DNA of 40,000 bases. Origin: Salmonella phage SPLA10. A program made the position numbers and the translations under genes. Position 1 is the stretch's first letter; every line of letters begins with the position of its first letter. Below are positions 1-8,928 of the stretch, in pieces. The notes beneath the pieces are model-generated. The model did no database searches, had not been told where the DNA came from, and worked only from the letters and a program-made list of their open reading frames with translations. The DNA lies in sequence record OR413575.1; one strand, given 5' to 3'.

Positions 1-180
1 AATCTACGGACTATGATGGAGAACGGTACAAGAGTTGACTTTACGCCTGTTTGGTATTGGAAACTAAAAGACGGTGTTCAAACTGTTGAAGATGTTTATT
101 ACATCAAATACGGTCTTGAGCTACGTAACCGCATGGCGATTGATGAGTTCTGTAAGAAAGAAGGATTAATCATATCGTAA
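1..180 (+). CDS. 3' end of a hypothetical protein truncated by the window edge (…GVQTVEDVYYIKYGLELRNRMAIDEFCKKEGLIIS*)
   Basis: Open frame 1 from base 1 to TAA at 178-180, followed at once by a terminator hairpin. Confidence 0.7.
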   Translation, partial: NLRTMMENGTRVDFTPVWYWKLKDGVQTVEDVYYIKYGLELRNRMAIDEFCKKEGLIIS

Positions 181-191
181 CGACACAATTG

Positions 192-223
192 GAGAACCCT
201 TCGGGGTTCTCTCTTTTTTTTTT
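192..223 (+). terminator. Rho-independent terminator GAGAACCC-TTCG-GGGTTCTC + T-tract
   Basis: 8-bp stem, UUCG loop, about 10 T. Confidence 0.93.
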
Positions 224-260
224 GCCTGATTTCCATAATCGTTTCTAACCATATTTCAGT

Positions 261-278
261 TATATATTACTTTAGTGA
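261..278 (+). promoter_or_regulatory. Putative early-type phage promoter TATATATTACTTTAGTGA
   Basis: Motif recurs at seven ORF-proximal sites; resembles the phiKZ-type TATATTAC early element. Confidence 0.75.
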
Positions 279-315
279 TAGAACGTTCTATCTTTTATAA
301 TAAGGAATATTCCAA

Positions 316-696
316 ATGTATAATGCAATCGCACGCCGCCGTTCTGTTTCTTTCGGTCAAGGTTCTTCCAAAGTTGTTCCAATGCTGATGGAAGGTAACG
401 GTAACGTCAAACACCTGCACAACGCAACAACTCCTACTACTTGGGCAGTAGCTGGAGAAGGTATCCAGATTCGTTACGGGAAAGATCTCGTAGGGAATAT
501 CTGGGTCACTGTGAATGTCCGTGGTAATGAACTGTTCCAGTGGGTTGGGGAATCAACTACAACTTGGTTCAATGCAATGGTAGATTGCCTCGTACACGAT
601 CCGTTGGTTCTGGCACTGCAGCGTCGTTCCGCTACAGACCATTATTCGCTGATGGATAAAATCGAAGCGATCGGTTCACAGGTAACTGTCCATTAA
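316..696 (+). CDS. hypothetical protein (126 aa)
   Basis: ORF between promoter-like motif and hairpin terminator. Confidence 0.8.
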   Translation: MYNAIARRRSVSFGQGSSKVVPMLMEGNGNVKHLHNATTPTTWAVAGEGIQIRYGKDLVGNIWVTVNVRGNELFQWVGESTTTWFNAMVDCLVHDPLVLALQRRSATDHYSLMDKIEAIGSQVTVH

Positions 697-701
697 TGCC
701 C

Positions 702-725
702 AGGGGACTTCGGTCCCCTATTCTT
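702..725 (+). terminator. AGGGGAC-TTCG-GTCCCCT hairpin, weak T-tract
   Basis: 7-bp perfect stem with UUCG loop just after a stop codon. Confidence 0.65.
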
Positions 726-751
726 TACCAGTAAGCTAGAGGATCTAGAGC

Positions 752-1090
752 ATGTTAAACGTAACTACTACCCGAATTGATAATAACCAATCTAATGTCA
801 TTACGACGGATTATCTCCGTCACATTTGGAGTTATGAAGAAGACGTTACATTCGAAGCCCATAATCGTTGGATTGAATTAGAATACGGCGTTTTCAATAA
901 CCGTATTTATGCCGAAATCAAACAAGGTAATCAAGACTTCACTTGGGCAGGGGTAAGAGATGCGGATTGGGTTAAGAAGTTTTTAATTGATTACGAGGAG
1001 GAGTTAGAGTTAGCTGGCGAACATAAGTTAGTTATACAGGCGCACTTGCGTCAACTGAAAGGTTTCATGAAACAAATTACAAACATTTAA
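752..1090 (+). CDS. hypothetical protein (112 aa)
   Basis: ORF with upstream AGAGGAT. Confidence 0.75.
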   Translation: MLNVTTTRIDNNQSNVITTDYLRHIWSYEEDVTFEAHNRWIELEYGVFNNRIYAEIKQGNQDFTWAGVRDADWVKKFLIDYEEELELAGEHKLVIQAHLRQLKGFMKQITNI

Positions 1091-1113
1091 CTAGTTTACT
1101 AGAGGATTACAAT

Positions 1114-1518
1114 ATGTTTTTTAAGACTAAAGCTGGGATGAATGGTGCTGCAAGAATCGTTCTGAATACTTTCGAAGAAGTGGTAGAAGATTATAAAACT
1201 TTTTTACTTACTGGCTCTATGATTGACTTTCAAGAGTATGTTGAATCAGAAGCAACTTATTTGTACAATATGATTCAACGTACGGTATTCGTTGATACTC
1301 TTAACTTACATTTTGGTGTATTAGGCGAAATGGAGAAGTTAGGTAGGGGCGAAGAAGGTTACATACGTCTTAATTATGGTACTACAGATACCGGCATCGA
1401 ATTTCAAGCTGATATTTCAGTTGATGGCAACAGTAAAGAGATAATTTTAGAAGTATATCACATGCACGCTGCTTTACAGGGCGTAGTTTTAAACACACCA
1501 ATGTCTGATCGTAAATAA
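1114..1518 (+). CDS. hypothetical protein (134 aa)
   Basis: ORF with upstream AGAGGAT. Confidence 0.75.
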   Translation: MFFKTKAGMNGAARIVLNTFEEVVEDYKTFLLTGSMIDFQEYVESEATYLYNMIQRTVFVDTLNLHFGVLGEMEKLGRGEEGYIRLNYGTTDTGIEFQADISVDGNSKEIILEVYHMHAALQGVVLNTPMSDRK

Positions 1519-1530
1519 GAGGAACTAAAC

Positions 1531-2139
1531 ATGAACGTATCTAACGTAATCGCAATCAACGAAGAAATGACCACTGCATACGGTATCCTGGGTAAAGATC
1601 TGGTATCTGAGTTAGTTCGTTACGCCGCTGCCGTAGGATTCACTGAAGACCATGAGATCCTCCTGCCAGCACCTTACCACTACCAGCTGCGTGGCATGGT
1701 AATCTCTCCACGCACCACAGCAGCTGATGAAGATCACATCGTCTCTGCAATCTGGGGCGAAGATGATCGCGTTGTATTCGTTGTAGAGAAAATCAAACGC
1801 TGCACCTGCGGCGGTCATCGTGTTGATGGCTCTGCACTGGTGGAAGAGGTTAAGCAATCTCTCGATGCACTGACCACCGCTTTACCTAACCTGAAGGTAG
1901 AGCTGCTGTATGTAGTTAACGGTGTTGACTTCGCATACTCCGCAGATGGTAACAATACTCTGCTGGACGCAATCGAAGCTAACTACCGCGTAGCTCAGAT
2001 GGATGATCTGCCACAACTGCTGAACGACGCAGACCGCGGCGAAGGTCTTATCGATCCTGAGTGGATTCACGATGTCGTATCCGCGTACAAAGAAGATCCA
2101 GAAGAAGCAGTTAAGATCTTCGGCGAAATCTTTAAATAA
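1531..2139 (+). CDS. hypothetical protein (202 aa), CTG-rich codon usage
   Basis: ORF with upstream AGAGGA; optimised codon usage suggests high expression. Confidence 0.85.
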   Translation: MNVSNVIAINEEMTTAYGILGKDLVSELVRYAAAVGFTEDHEILLPAPYHYQLRGMVISPRTTAADEDHIVSAIWGEDDRVVFVVEKIKRCTCGGHRVDGSALVEEVKQSLDALTTALPNLKVELLYVVNGVDFAYSADGNNTLLDAIEANYRVAQMDDLPQLLNDADRGEGLIDPEWIHDVVSAYKEDPEEAVKIFGEIFK

Positions 2140-2179
2140 GTCTCCATTGTGGAGCCCTCCCTAACAGGAGGTTATCAAA

Positions 2180-2216
2180 CCTGGGGACTTCGGTTCCCAG
2201 GTACATTTCTTTTTTG
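2180..2216 (+). terminator. CTGGGGAC-TTCG-GTTCCCAG terminator
   Basis: Stem-loop followed by TTTCTTTTTT; preceded by two smaller hairpins (2142-2171). Confidence 0.8.
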
Positions 2217-2248
2217 GTTTTAAATACAATTGATCTTGGAGAGTTATA

Positions 2249-2458
2249 ATGGATTTCACTGATGCTCAGCTTGAATTAATTAAGCAACTAGGTAAGGCTA
2301 CTATACAGGAACTTGTACGTGACTATAATAAGATTCTGAATAACCAAATGACAGGTAGTCAGTTCTGGGAAATATTGAATACTAAAGTCTCAAGGGATAA
2401 GGTACGTGACTTGTTAATCTTAGTACGTACTATCCATAATGATTTAACTAAGTTATAA
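2249..2458 (+). CDS. hypothetical protein (69 aa)
   Basis: ORF with TTGGAGAG RBS. Confidence 0.7.
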   Translation: MDFTDAQLELIKQLGKATIQELVRDYNKILNNQMTGSQFWEILNTKVSRDKVRDLLILVRTIHNDLTKL

Positions 2459-2674
2459 TTAAGTAAAAAATAAAGTAGTATCTATTATTATGCGGTATTG
2501 AAGTCTGACACGGTCAATACCCCGTGGTCCTTTCCAGTCCCTGGAAAGCTGAGTGAAATTGAATGAAGTGAACGTAGTGAACGGAATGAGATCCTAGTAG
2601 TTGACCTTGACCTTAGGGGGTGGGGGTCTGTGACTGACAAAATCAAATTAACTAATTAATTAGGAGAGTATGTC

Positions 2675-2878
2675 ATGTTAGCGTGGCTGAAGAAATTATT
2701 ACGTAACCCAGTTGTGACAGATCGTTGTACCATGACACATCTGAGCACTGAATTAATTATTCTGGAACAAGAACTAGAAGAACATGGTATATCAATAGAC
2801 TGTGATCTATTGGAAGAGATGGAGATACTCCGTCGTCGTATTGAAGAGTTCCGTAATACGAATTTATTAAACTGCTAA
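2675..2878 (+). CDS. hypothetical protein (67 aa)
   Basis: ORF with TAGGAGAG RBS. Confidence 0.7.
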   Translation: MLAWLKKLLRNPVVTDRCTMTHLSTELIILEQELEEHGISIDCDLLEEMEILRRRIEEFRNTNLLNC

Positions 2879-2910
2879 TTTTTGCGGATTACACTGAGGA
2901 GAAGTAAAAT

Positions 2911-3411
2911 ATGTTGACTTTAATTGCAGCTGGCGTAATGGTTGGGTCTGGGTTGTTCATTGCAGGATATGCATTGGGCAGGCATCACGTCAAACCGATT
3001 GTAGGAGTTGAACAACTGGAAGTTATGCATTCGGTAAACGAAGGAAGGATCGGGAATATAGTACTTGGGGACAAACGTGGTGACTTCGAAGCTACGGGCA
3101 GGACGTACTTAACCAAAGAAGAATTTAATCAGCTGAAGAAGGTTGATTTAACAGCCGAAGATTGGGAATTATCTTCAGCAGTGGACGGGTTAGACATCAC
3201 GCTCTATCATGTTACGGGTAACCCAGACTATGCAGGTAAGATTGTACTTACGTTATATGTTCGCGGGGACAACGCCCGTAAATACAAATGGGAAAACGTA
3301 ACTAGCAGTAAGAACTCTAATGTTTTACCACCGGTGACTGTTAATAGCAAGTATTCAGCAATTCGCCGTGTGTTAGAAGCTACGTTAGAAGCAGAACTGC
3401 GGAAATACTAA
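2911..3411 (+). CDS. hypothetical membrane-anchored protein (166 aa)
   Basis: GAGGAG RBS; N-terminal hydrophobic segment LTLIAAGVMVGSGLFIAGYALG. Confidence 0.8.
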   Translation: MLTLIAAGVMVGSGLFIAGYALGRHHVKPIVGVEQLEVMHSVNEGRIGNIVLGDKRGDFEATGRTYLTKEEFNQLKKVDLTAEDWELSSAVDGLDITLYHVTGNPDYAGKIVLTLYVRGDNARKYKWENVTSSKNSNVLPPVTVNSKYSAIRRVLEATLEAELRKY

Positions 3412-3419
3412 CATAATCG

Positions 3420-3445
3420 CCTAGGTACCCGTTAAGGTACCTAGG
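3420..3445. terminator. Palindrome CCTAGGTACC-cgttaa-GGTACCTAGG between convergent genes
   Basis: 10-bp perfect inverted repeat between a + ORF end (3411) and a - ORF end (3452). Confidence 0.55.
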
Positions 3446-3451
3446 CTTAGG

Positions 3452-3940
3452 TCAATCGAATTTACCATCCCATACTGTTGGAGATGATCGGTAGTAAGGT
3501 CGTACTTTCAACATTCTGTTATTAGCATCGTCGTGATAGATCAGGGAATCTATATAAGACGATCGGTTAGCCCAAGACAATCCTTGGGACTGGAAGTTGT
3601 TTCGGTTAGTAGCAACGTATTTACTTGCGCCACTTGCAGTATACCAGATTCTAAAAGCAACACGGAATCCTTTATCACGCTGGTTCTTAAAAGAGGCGTA
3701 ATCTGGAAACGCGTGTTGTAACATACGAGATAAGTGAGAGGAATCACAACTGGCGTAATCCCCCCAAGTAGTACCGTACATCGAGCCAGTATCAGCACCG
3801 ATATAAACTTGGAACCATCCTTCTTGCGGACCGGGGTAAGCGGCGTATGATATTCCTTTAAAATTCTTGGTCGCCTGCAAGAACAGTTCATAAGGAGTCG
3901 GTTGCTTAACCAAGCCCGGTGTTAACATCGATTCTAACAT
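3452..3940 (-). CDS. hypothetical protein (162 aa)
   Basis: Longest ORF in the region, convergent with 2911-3411. Confidence 0.75.
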   Translation of the reverse strand: MLESMLTPGLVKQPTPYELFLQATKNFKGISYAAYPGPQEGWFQVYIGADTGSMYGTTWGDYASCDSSHLSRMLQHAFPDYASFKNQRDKGFRVAFRIWYTASGASKYVATNRNNFQSQGLSWANRSSYIDSLIYHDDANNRMLKVRPYYRSSPTVWDGKFD

Positions 3941-3992
3941 AATTGTAAACTCCGAGTCGTATTCAACTAATATGTATTAAAGGGTCAGTAAC

Positions 3993-4247
3993 ATGGATAA
4001 AGTAAGAGATATTCAGATCGAACAGTACGCACGTAGTAGCGACGCGGTACGTGAATTAGAACAGCGTCGCAACAATGAATTGTTATTGATTGATATTAAA
4101 GAGGCCATCAATAACAAACCTAAAACTGTTAGCGATCGTACGTTAGCAGTCGAGTTAGTACAGAAGTATCATGGCAAGTCATTCAGTGAATTGCTTGTTC
4201 GCGCAATCCGTCAAGGCGAGGAGCAATCAAATGCGCCAACTGGATAA
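3993..4247 (+). CDS. hypothetical protein (84 aa)
   Basis: ORF MDKVRDIQIEQYARSSDAV…. Confidence 0.75.
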   Translation: MDKVRDIQIEQYARSSDAVRELEQRRNNELLLIDIKEAINNKPKTVSDRTLAVELVQKYHGKSFSELLVRAIRQGEEQSNAPTG

Positions 4248-4315
4248 TATCAAGTCCATCCGTGACTTATTTGGAATGGGTGACGTAGTGACCGAAGAAG
4301 TAAGTTAATCTTAAA

Positions 4316-4333
4316 TATATATCACTATAGTGA
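4316..4333 (+). promoter_or_regulatory. Putative early-type phage promoter TATATATCACTATAGTGA
   Basis: Match to recurrent motif. Confidence 0.7.
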
Positions 4334-4337
4334 AGAT

Positions 4338-4357
4338 CCCCTCCTTTCTTGGAGGGG
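4338..4357 (+). terminator. CCCCTCC-TTTCTT-GGAGGGG hairpin immediately downstream of promoter-like motif
   Basis: 7-bp perfect stem; short T run only. Confidence 0.45.
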
Positions 4358-4392
4358 TTTGTGTCCGCAACTATTTAAATAGAGGATTTAAA

Positions 4393-4848
4393 ATGACAAC
4401 TAAAGCTAAACCTTTCGGAAGAGATCAGATCATTAAGAAAGGTGAATGTAATGATGAAGTATTTATTCTGGAACATGCCCAAATAGCTTCCTACCCAGAA
4501 AAAGGTAAGATCATCGTTACGCTTAAGATAGGAGATAAAGTAGCAGCTACCACTAAGTTAGCAATAATTGGTAGAGTCAGTTCACCAATAGATCGTTGGC
4601 ATACAGTGAACTCAGGGAAACGTATTATCGGCAACTACTTCGTAGAGAATGTCGACGGATGGAATATCCCTGTTCGTGATAAAGCATTAATGGCAGTCTT
4701 GCTGTTAAACGTACTTATCTGGACTAAGTTCAGTAGCATACGCGGAAAGTTCAATAGAGCAGATAATAATGACTTAATTCTGCGTGAGAAACTTCGCGAA
4801 AAAGTCAAGTTGTACCGTGATACCTTATTACCACTCGAAACTAATTAA
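4393..4848 (+). CDS. hypothetical protein (151 aa from internal ATG MTTKAKPFG…)
   Basis: ORF; the annotated upstream start at 4330 lies inside the promoter motif, so ATG 4393 with AGAGGA RBS is preferred. Confidence 0.8.
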   Translation: MTTKAKPFGRDQIIKKGECNDEVFILEHAQIASYPEKGKIIVTLKIGDKVAATTKLAIIGRVSSPIDRWHTVNSGKRIIGNYFVENVDGWNIPVRDKALMAVLLLNVLIWTKFSSIRGKFNRADNNDLILREKLREKVKLYRDTLLPLETN

Positions 4849-4864
4849 TTAGGAGATTCAAAAA

Positions 4865-5302
4865 ATGCGTATTAATTCTTACAAGAAAAACAACACCTGG
4901 AATGTAATCGGTTTAGGTCGTGATAACAATAATGAAATCGGATTGATCCTCGAAGATCAGACCGATGGTATCCCATTGTCGCGTGATCGTAAGTTAATTA
5001 CTTGTAACGAAGAAACTACTATGGTTTCTCTCGACCTGACATTAGGTAATATAACACCTCCGGAAGATATTAACTTCTACACTCAACGTACTCATTTACC
5101 AGGGGAAGAAGTAGCAGTATTCTGCGACGGAGGTAATTTAATTTCCTTGATTGCGTTGGAATGGGAAGATGATATCCCAGTAACAGGATGTATTGCCGTA
5201 CGTACAACCGGTATGTGTGGACATTTATTAACTCGCCCTACCGAATGGTGTGTGGTGTTTGAAGAGTACGTGAATATTATTGGGTGGAAGACTCGTAAAT
5301 AA
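4865..5302 (+). CDS. hypothetical protein (145 aa)
   Basis: ORF with AGGAG RBS. Confidence 0.78.
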   Translation: MRINSYKKNNTWNVIGLGRDNNNEIGLILEDQTDGIPLSRDRKLITCNEETTMVSLDLTLGNITPPEDINFYTQRTHLPGEEVAVFCDGGNLISLIALEWEDDIPVTGCIAVRTTGMCGHLLTRPTEWCVVFEEYVNIIGWKTRK

Positions 5303-5362
5303 CTACACCTAAATGTTTTAGTATAACTATTGATAATCGTAACTTTATAAAAGGTAAAATAA

Positions 5363-5863
5363 ATGGAAACTCAGATCAAGGTTGAAATCGGTTCACCGGT
5401 ACAAGGCCAATACGTAGCAACAATTTTCGATCAGAATGATTCGCCACGTATGACTATTCGCTTAGGCGAAGCAGTTCATCTTTGGCATATCGATTTGGTA
5501 TTGGGTGCGTATCGTCTGTACTGGGAAGCTGTAGGTATTCGTTCCGAGCACCTCAACACAGCTGACGGAATTACGTATAATCCAAACGTCCGCGCTGAAC
5601 GCCAGGATGTGGCTAAAGCAGAAATCGCTAAAGCTCTGATCGACCTGGTTTGCCGTACTAATGATCCAAACCAACCAAACATTCTGCGTAAACTGAATGA
5701 AAACCGTTATGTCTACATCTGCTCAACTAACGATCGTAATGCAGATGTTTATATTGCTGGTGGTATTGGTAACCCGTACTTCTTTGTCCGTAAACGCGGT
5801 ACCGGTGAAGTCATCGGTCGTTTTGACAACGTCAAAGCTGCCCGTAACGCCACCTCTAAGTAA
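5363..5863 (+). CDS. hypothetical protein (166 aa)
   Basis: ORF, CTG/CGT-rich. Confidence 0.8.
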   Translation: METQIKVEIGSPVQGQYVATIFDQNDSPRMTIRLGEAVHLWHIDLVLGAYRLYWEAVGIRSEHLNTADGITYNPNVRAERQDVAKAEIAKALIDLVCRTNDPNQPNILRKLNENRYVYICSTNDRNADVYIAGGIGNPYFFVRKRGTGEVIGRFDNVKAARNATSK

Positions 5864-5897
5864 TAAACTCAACGACTAGTTAACTAGGAGCAATATC

Positions 5898-6293
5898 ATG
5901 CCAATCGTAAACGTATTCACTCAACCACGTAATCTCGAAGATAACGAAGTAATGATCCACATTCGTGTATCTGAAATTCAAACTGTGTTTGACTTCCTGT
6001 CTGAGAAGTTAGAAGGTCGTGTTCGTCAAACTGTTACCCTCGATACTAATAACTATCGTGGGTTCTGGTCTTCCATGATCAACAAATACGAATACCGTTA
6101 CGTATTAACTTGGAATGAAGCATTACGTCTCCATTCCTACTTACGTTACTGGTTAGAGAAAGGAAGAGATCGCGACATCTCCGTATCCTTGAACTCTATC
6201 CGTAACTTTGCTTTATACGGAGTGAATGTTAAATGCCCAAAACCGATCAAAGAGAGCTCGCTCTTAAAAAGGCTAGACAAATTCTTACTTTAG
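5898..6293 (+). CDS. hypothetical protein (131 aa)
   Basis: ORF with TAGGAG RBS. Confidence 0.75.
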   Translation: MPIVNVFTQPRNLEDNEVMIHIRVSEIQTVFDFLSEKLEGRVRQTVTLDTNNYRGFWSSMINKYEYRYVLTWNEALRLHSYLRYWLEKGRDRDISVSLNSIRNFALYGVNVKCPKPIKESSLLKRLDKFLL

Positions 6294-6481
6294 TACGGTT
6301 ATATCGGATGCCCGGTCAATCCGGGCAAAAAATACCCGAAGCCGATCTCGCTAAGATCAATGAGTTGTGTACCCCTGAGATAACTGTTCTATTAGCTCAG
6401 GAACTAATCCTACTAAGCGGCATGGTAAAAGACCATGTTAAACAAACTAACAAACAAGTTAAACAATTAATTGGAGAATAA
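6233..6481 (+). CDS. hypothetical protein (82 aa)
   Basis: ORF overlapping the previous gene's 3' end by about 60 nt. Confidence 0.6.
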   Translation: MPKTDQRELALKKARQILTLVRLYRMPGQSGQKIPEADLAKINELCTPEITVLLAQELILLSGMVKDHVKQTNKQVKQLIGE

Positions 6482-6482
6482 C

Positions 6483-7496
6483 ATGAACAAATCTAAACGT
6501 ATCGTCCAGATCGAAGAAGGGAAGTTCATCGAAGGGATGACTAAAGCACTACAAACTCGTTATCCTTCCCTGGATAAGGGAAATGTTGAAGCTATTGTAG
6601 CCCAACAAATTGGCAATCATCGTGTTTTGAATAACGTCATCTTGACAGAGAAAGAACATGAGAAGTTGCTACATGACGCTGGTATGGATACGTCCACTGA
6701 AACCGTAGCAATGGCCGCGCAAGCTGTCGTGGATCTAACTCGTAAGACACGAGCTCCTACTAGTCAAGAAGTCCTCGGGGTTCTGTTAGATAGTCTGCGT
6801 ATAAAGGATAAGGTTAAGACTGATGGCGTAGAAATCAATCGCGCTACCCGTTTGACAATCATCAACGAGTTTCTTGTTTATTTCCTTAATACTCACTTCA
6901 CTATCAGTGATAAAACTACCGAAATTCTGATGACTTCAACATCGGTAGAGAAAACGATGATCGTGTTTAAGGAAGCGATCGAAAGACAATTCCCTGATAA
7001 ACCTGCTTCTTACACTCAGTACTATTTGCCAAGTATCGAGTTACTCGCAAAGATTGCGGATCATTTAGATCCGGAAACTGATAATAAAAAGAATTTAAAC
7101 GAAATGTTTAATGGTTTCTCGCCGGATGAAGTACCTAATGCAATAATTGGATATTTTGAAAGTATCGCAAGTTCGTACGCAGCAATCGCAGGATCTAAAT
7201 CCCTGGTAGCTGTAATGTCAGCATTCGTAGGTAAGATGTCAGAGCAATCCGACACCATGTTCGTACAGAAATTCCTGACAGGTAAACAGTACGAAGCAGT
7301 TAATGAAGTAGTTAATATTCTTCGCCATGAACTTGAGAACGCAGGTGTGTTCTCGTTCACCCTGGAGGAGTTTAACAAAATCAATAACTGTATGCCTCAC
7401 ATCGGGCAGAAAGACTTAGGTATCTCCCTCAGCCGCTCGGAAGAAGGAGATTTGATGTTACAATTCAATGGCGTTCAAAACGTGAGCAAATTATGA
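6483..7496 (+). CDS. hypothetical protein (337 aa)
   Basis: ORF; ATG 6483 with TTGGAGAA RBS preferred to TTG 6471. Confidence 0.85.
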   Translation: MNKSKRIVQIEEGKFIEGMTKALQTRYPSLDKGNVEAIVAQQIGNHRVLNNVILTEKEHEKLLHDAGMDTSTETVAMAAQAVVDLTRKTRAPTSQEVLGVLLDSLRIKDKVKTDGVEINRATRLTIINEFLVYFLNTHFTISDKTTEILMTSTSVEKTMIVFKEAIERQFPDKPASYTQYYLPSIELLAKIADHLDPETDNKKNLNEMFNGFSPDEVPNAIIGYFESIASSYAAIAGSKSLVAVMSAFVGKMSEQSDTMFVQKFLTGKQYEAVNEVVNILRHELENAGVFSFTLEEFNKINNCMPHIGQKDLGISLSRSEEGDLMLQFNGVQNVSKL

Positions 7497-8137
7497 CCAG
7501 ACCATATTTCCGTTGTTTAGAAGTAGAAGTAAAGGATTACGATACCGGTGATGTACGGGTTTATCAAACCAAACAAACTTGCGCTCGTGTGTTTGGGATA
7601 ACCCACAAAACCGTATACAACTACATTCGTTCGGGGAAGTTACATTCTGAACGTTATTTATTCCGCCACTATATTCCTAATGCCTGTATCCCATGGCCGA
7701 AACTCAGTGAGCTGGAAGAAACACGTCACTATGGAAAAGGAGTGGAAGTACGTGACGTTAAGACGATGGAAATATGGAAATTTAAAACCTACGACGAAGC
7801 AGGTGAATTCCTCGGTGTCCATCATGACACGATCCGTCGTTGGGTAAGAGATTTGGATTATTCCGTTAAGCGGGGGCGTTGGCAGATGAAATCAGCTAAC
7901 GATGTAAGGAAGTGGGAAACGATTAAAATCTTCGAAGTCAAACGTAAGACTGATAAGATTATTCGTAAACGAATTTTCTGCATCCCTGGTGATGGGCAAC
8001 CTATCTTGTCATATCGCTCTAAGTCAGGCGCTGCGGAAGCGCAGTGTACCACCCGCAATAACATCGACAAGTATTTGGATACTCACAAACCAGATGCTAA
8101 AGGGAGATTATGGTTATCTAACCATAACTCTAAATAA
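7493..8137 (+). CDS. putative DNA-binding protein with NUMOD1-like strand-strand/HTH repeats, no nuclease domain seen
   Basis: Repeated pattern VEVKDYDTGDVRVYQTKQTCARVFGITHKTVYNYIRSG / VEVRDVKTMEIWKFKTYDEAGEFLGVHHDTIRRWVRD / IKIFEVKRKTDKIIRK…; ATGA-coupled to upstream ORF. Confidence 0.65.
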   Translation: MTRPYFRCLEVEVKDYDTGDVRVYQTKQTCARVFGITHKTVYNYIRSGKLHSERYLFRHYIPNACIPWPKLSELEETRHYGKGVEVRDVKTMEIWKFKTYDEAGEFLGVHHDTIRRWVRDLDYSVKRGRWQMKSANDVRKWETIKIFEVKRKTDKIIRKRIFCIPGDGQPILSYRSKSGAAEAQCTTRNNIDKYLDTHKPDAKGRLWLSNHNSK

Positions 8138-8144
8138 CTAATAG

Positions 8145-8170
8145 AAAGGGCGAGTGCCCTTTCTTTTTTG
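8145..8170 (+). terminator. AAAGGGC-gagt-GCCCTTT + T-tract
   Basis: Stem-loop plus T7 run. Confidence 0.85.
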
Positions 8171-8187
8171 ATTTAAAGGATAATTAA

Positions 8188-8928
8188 ATGTACATTAACA
8201 ACGAGTTCCCCGAATATCTCCGTAGTACTCCTGTAGTAGTAGCTCCTAACCATCCGTACGCTATTGTTGAACCTAACAGCGGCGAACAGATCCTACCGAC
8301 TGATTTCAATAAAGTCCTGTCGGCCCGCCATAAAGGACTGATCAGTAATTTCCCGAAAGCCCTGTACAAAGTTACAAGCTATGGAGATCTCATCGATCGT
8401 CTCATGGCTATGATTGCAGACTTCCCTGAAGACTACGGTGAAATCCAACATCATCTGATGGAGCAGGAAGGCGGTACGTTCGTTGTAGGTATTCAGGTCC
8501 CTATCCATGCCGATGCATCAAAAGGTGATTTCGAACTGAACATCGTCACTACGGTTGAAGTACCGTTTGATTTTGAGAAGTTCAATAACCTGTATGATGA
8601 TGAAGAGGTAATGGCCGTAGACGACTATGCGATTATGTCCAGTAGCGTAACATACGCACTGACGTTAATTGCGCAGAATACCAATCCTGAACGTCCGGGT
8701 TATACCGAAGTACTGAGTCACATCGCTAAAGGTCATGACACTATCGATCTTGTGCGTTGGGAATATATTGAGCGTGAACTCCGTCACGGTATTTCGGCAA
8801 TTCATGTAATGCGTCGTTGGGGTCTGGTTGATAAGTCCGGTATCATCCCAGGGGCTCCGAAAGAGTACGATCGTTTCGTAGAAATTTTCAATAAAGTAAA
8901 GGAAGAGAAGAATGAGCAAGTTAGCTGA
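8188..8928 (+). CDS. hypothetical protein (246 aa)
   Basis: Long ORF. Confidence 0.82.
   Translation: MYINNEFPEYLRSTPVVVAPNHPYAIVEPNSGEQILPTDFNKVLSARHKGLISNFPKALYKVTSYGDLIDRLMAMIADFPEDYGEIQHHLMEQEGGTFVVGIQVPIHADASKGDFELNIVTTVEVPFDFEKFNNLYDDEEVMAVDDYAIMSSSVTYALTLIAQNTNPERPGYTEVLSHIAKGHDTIDLVRWEYIERELRHGISAIHVMRRWGLVDKSGIIPGAPKEYDRFVEIFNKVKEEKNEQVS

Noticed and set aside
4330-4848. Annotated upstream start at 4330 for the 172-aa ORF
   Set aside because: The start lies within the promoter motif and the leader hairpin; ATG 4393 with RBS is more plausible
5318-5336. AGTATAACTATTGATAATC as another copy of the early promoter motif
   Set aside because: Matches the 18-mer poorly; lacks TATATTA and AGTGA
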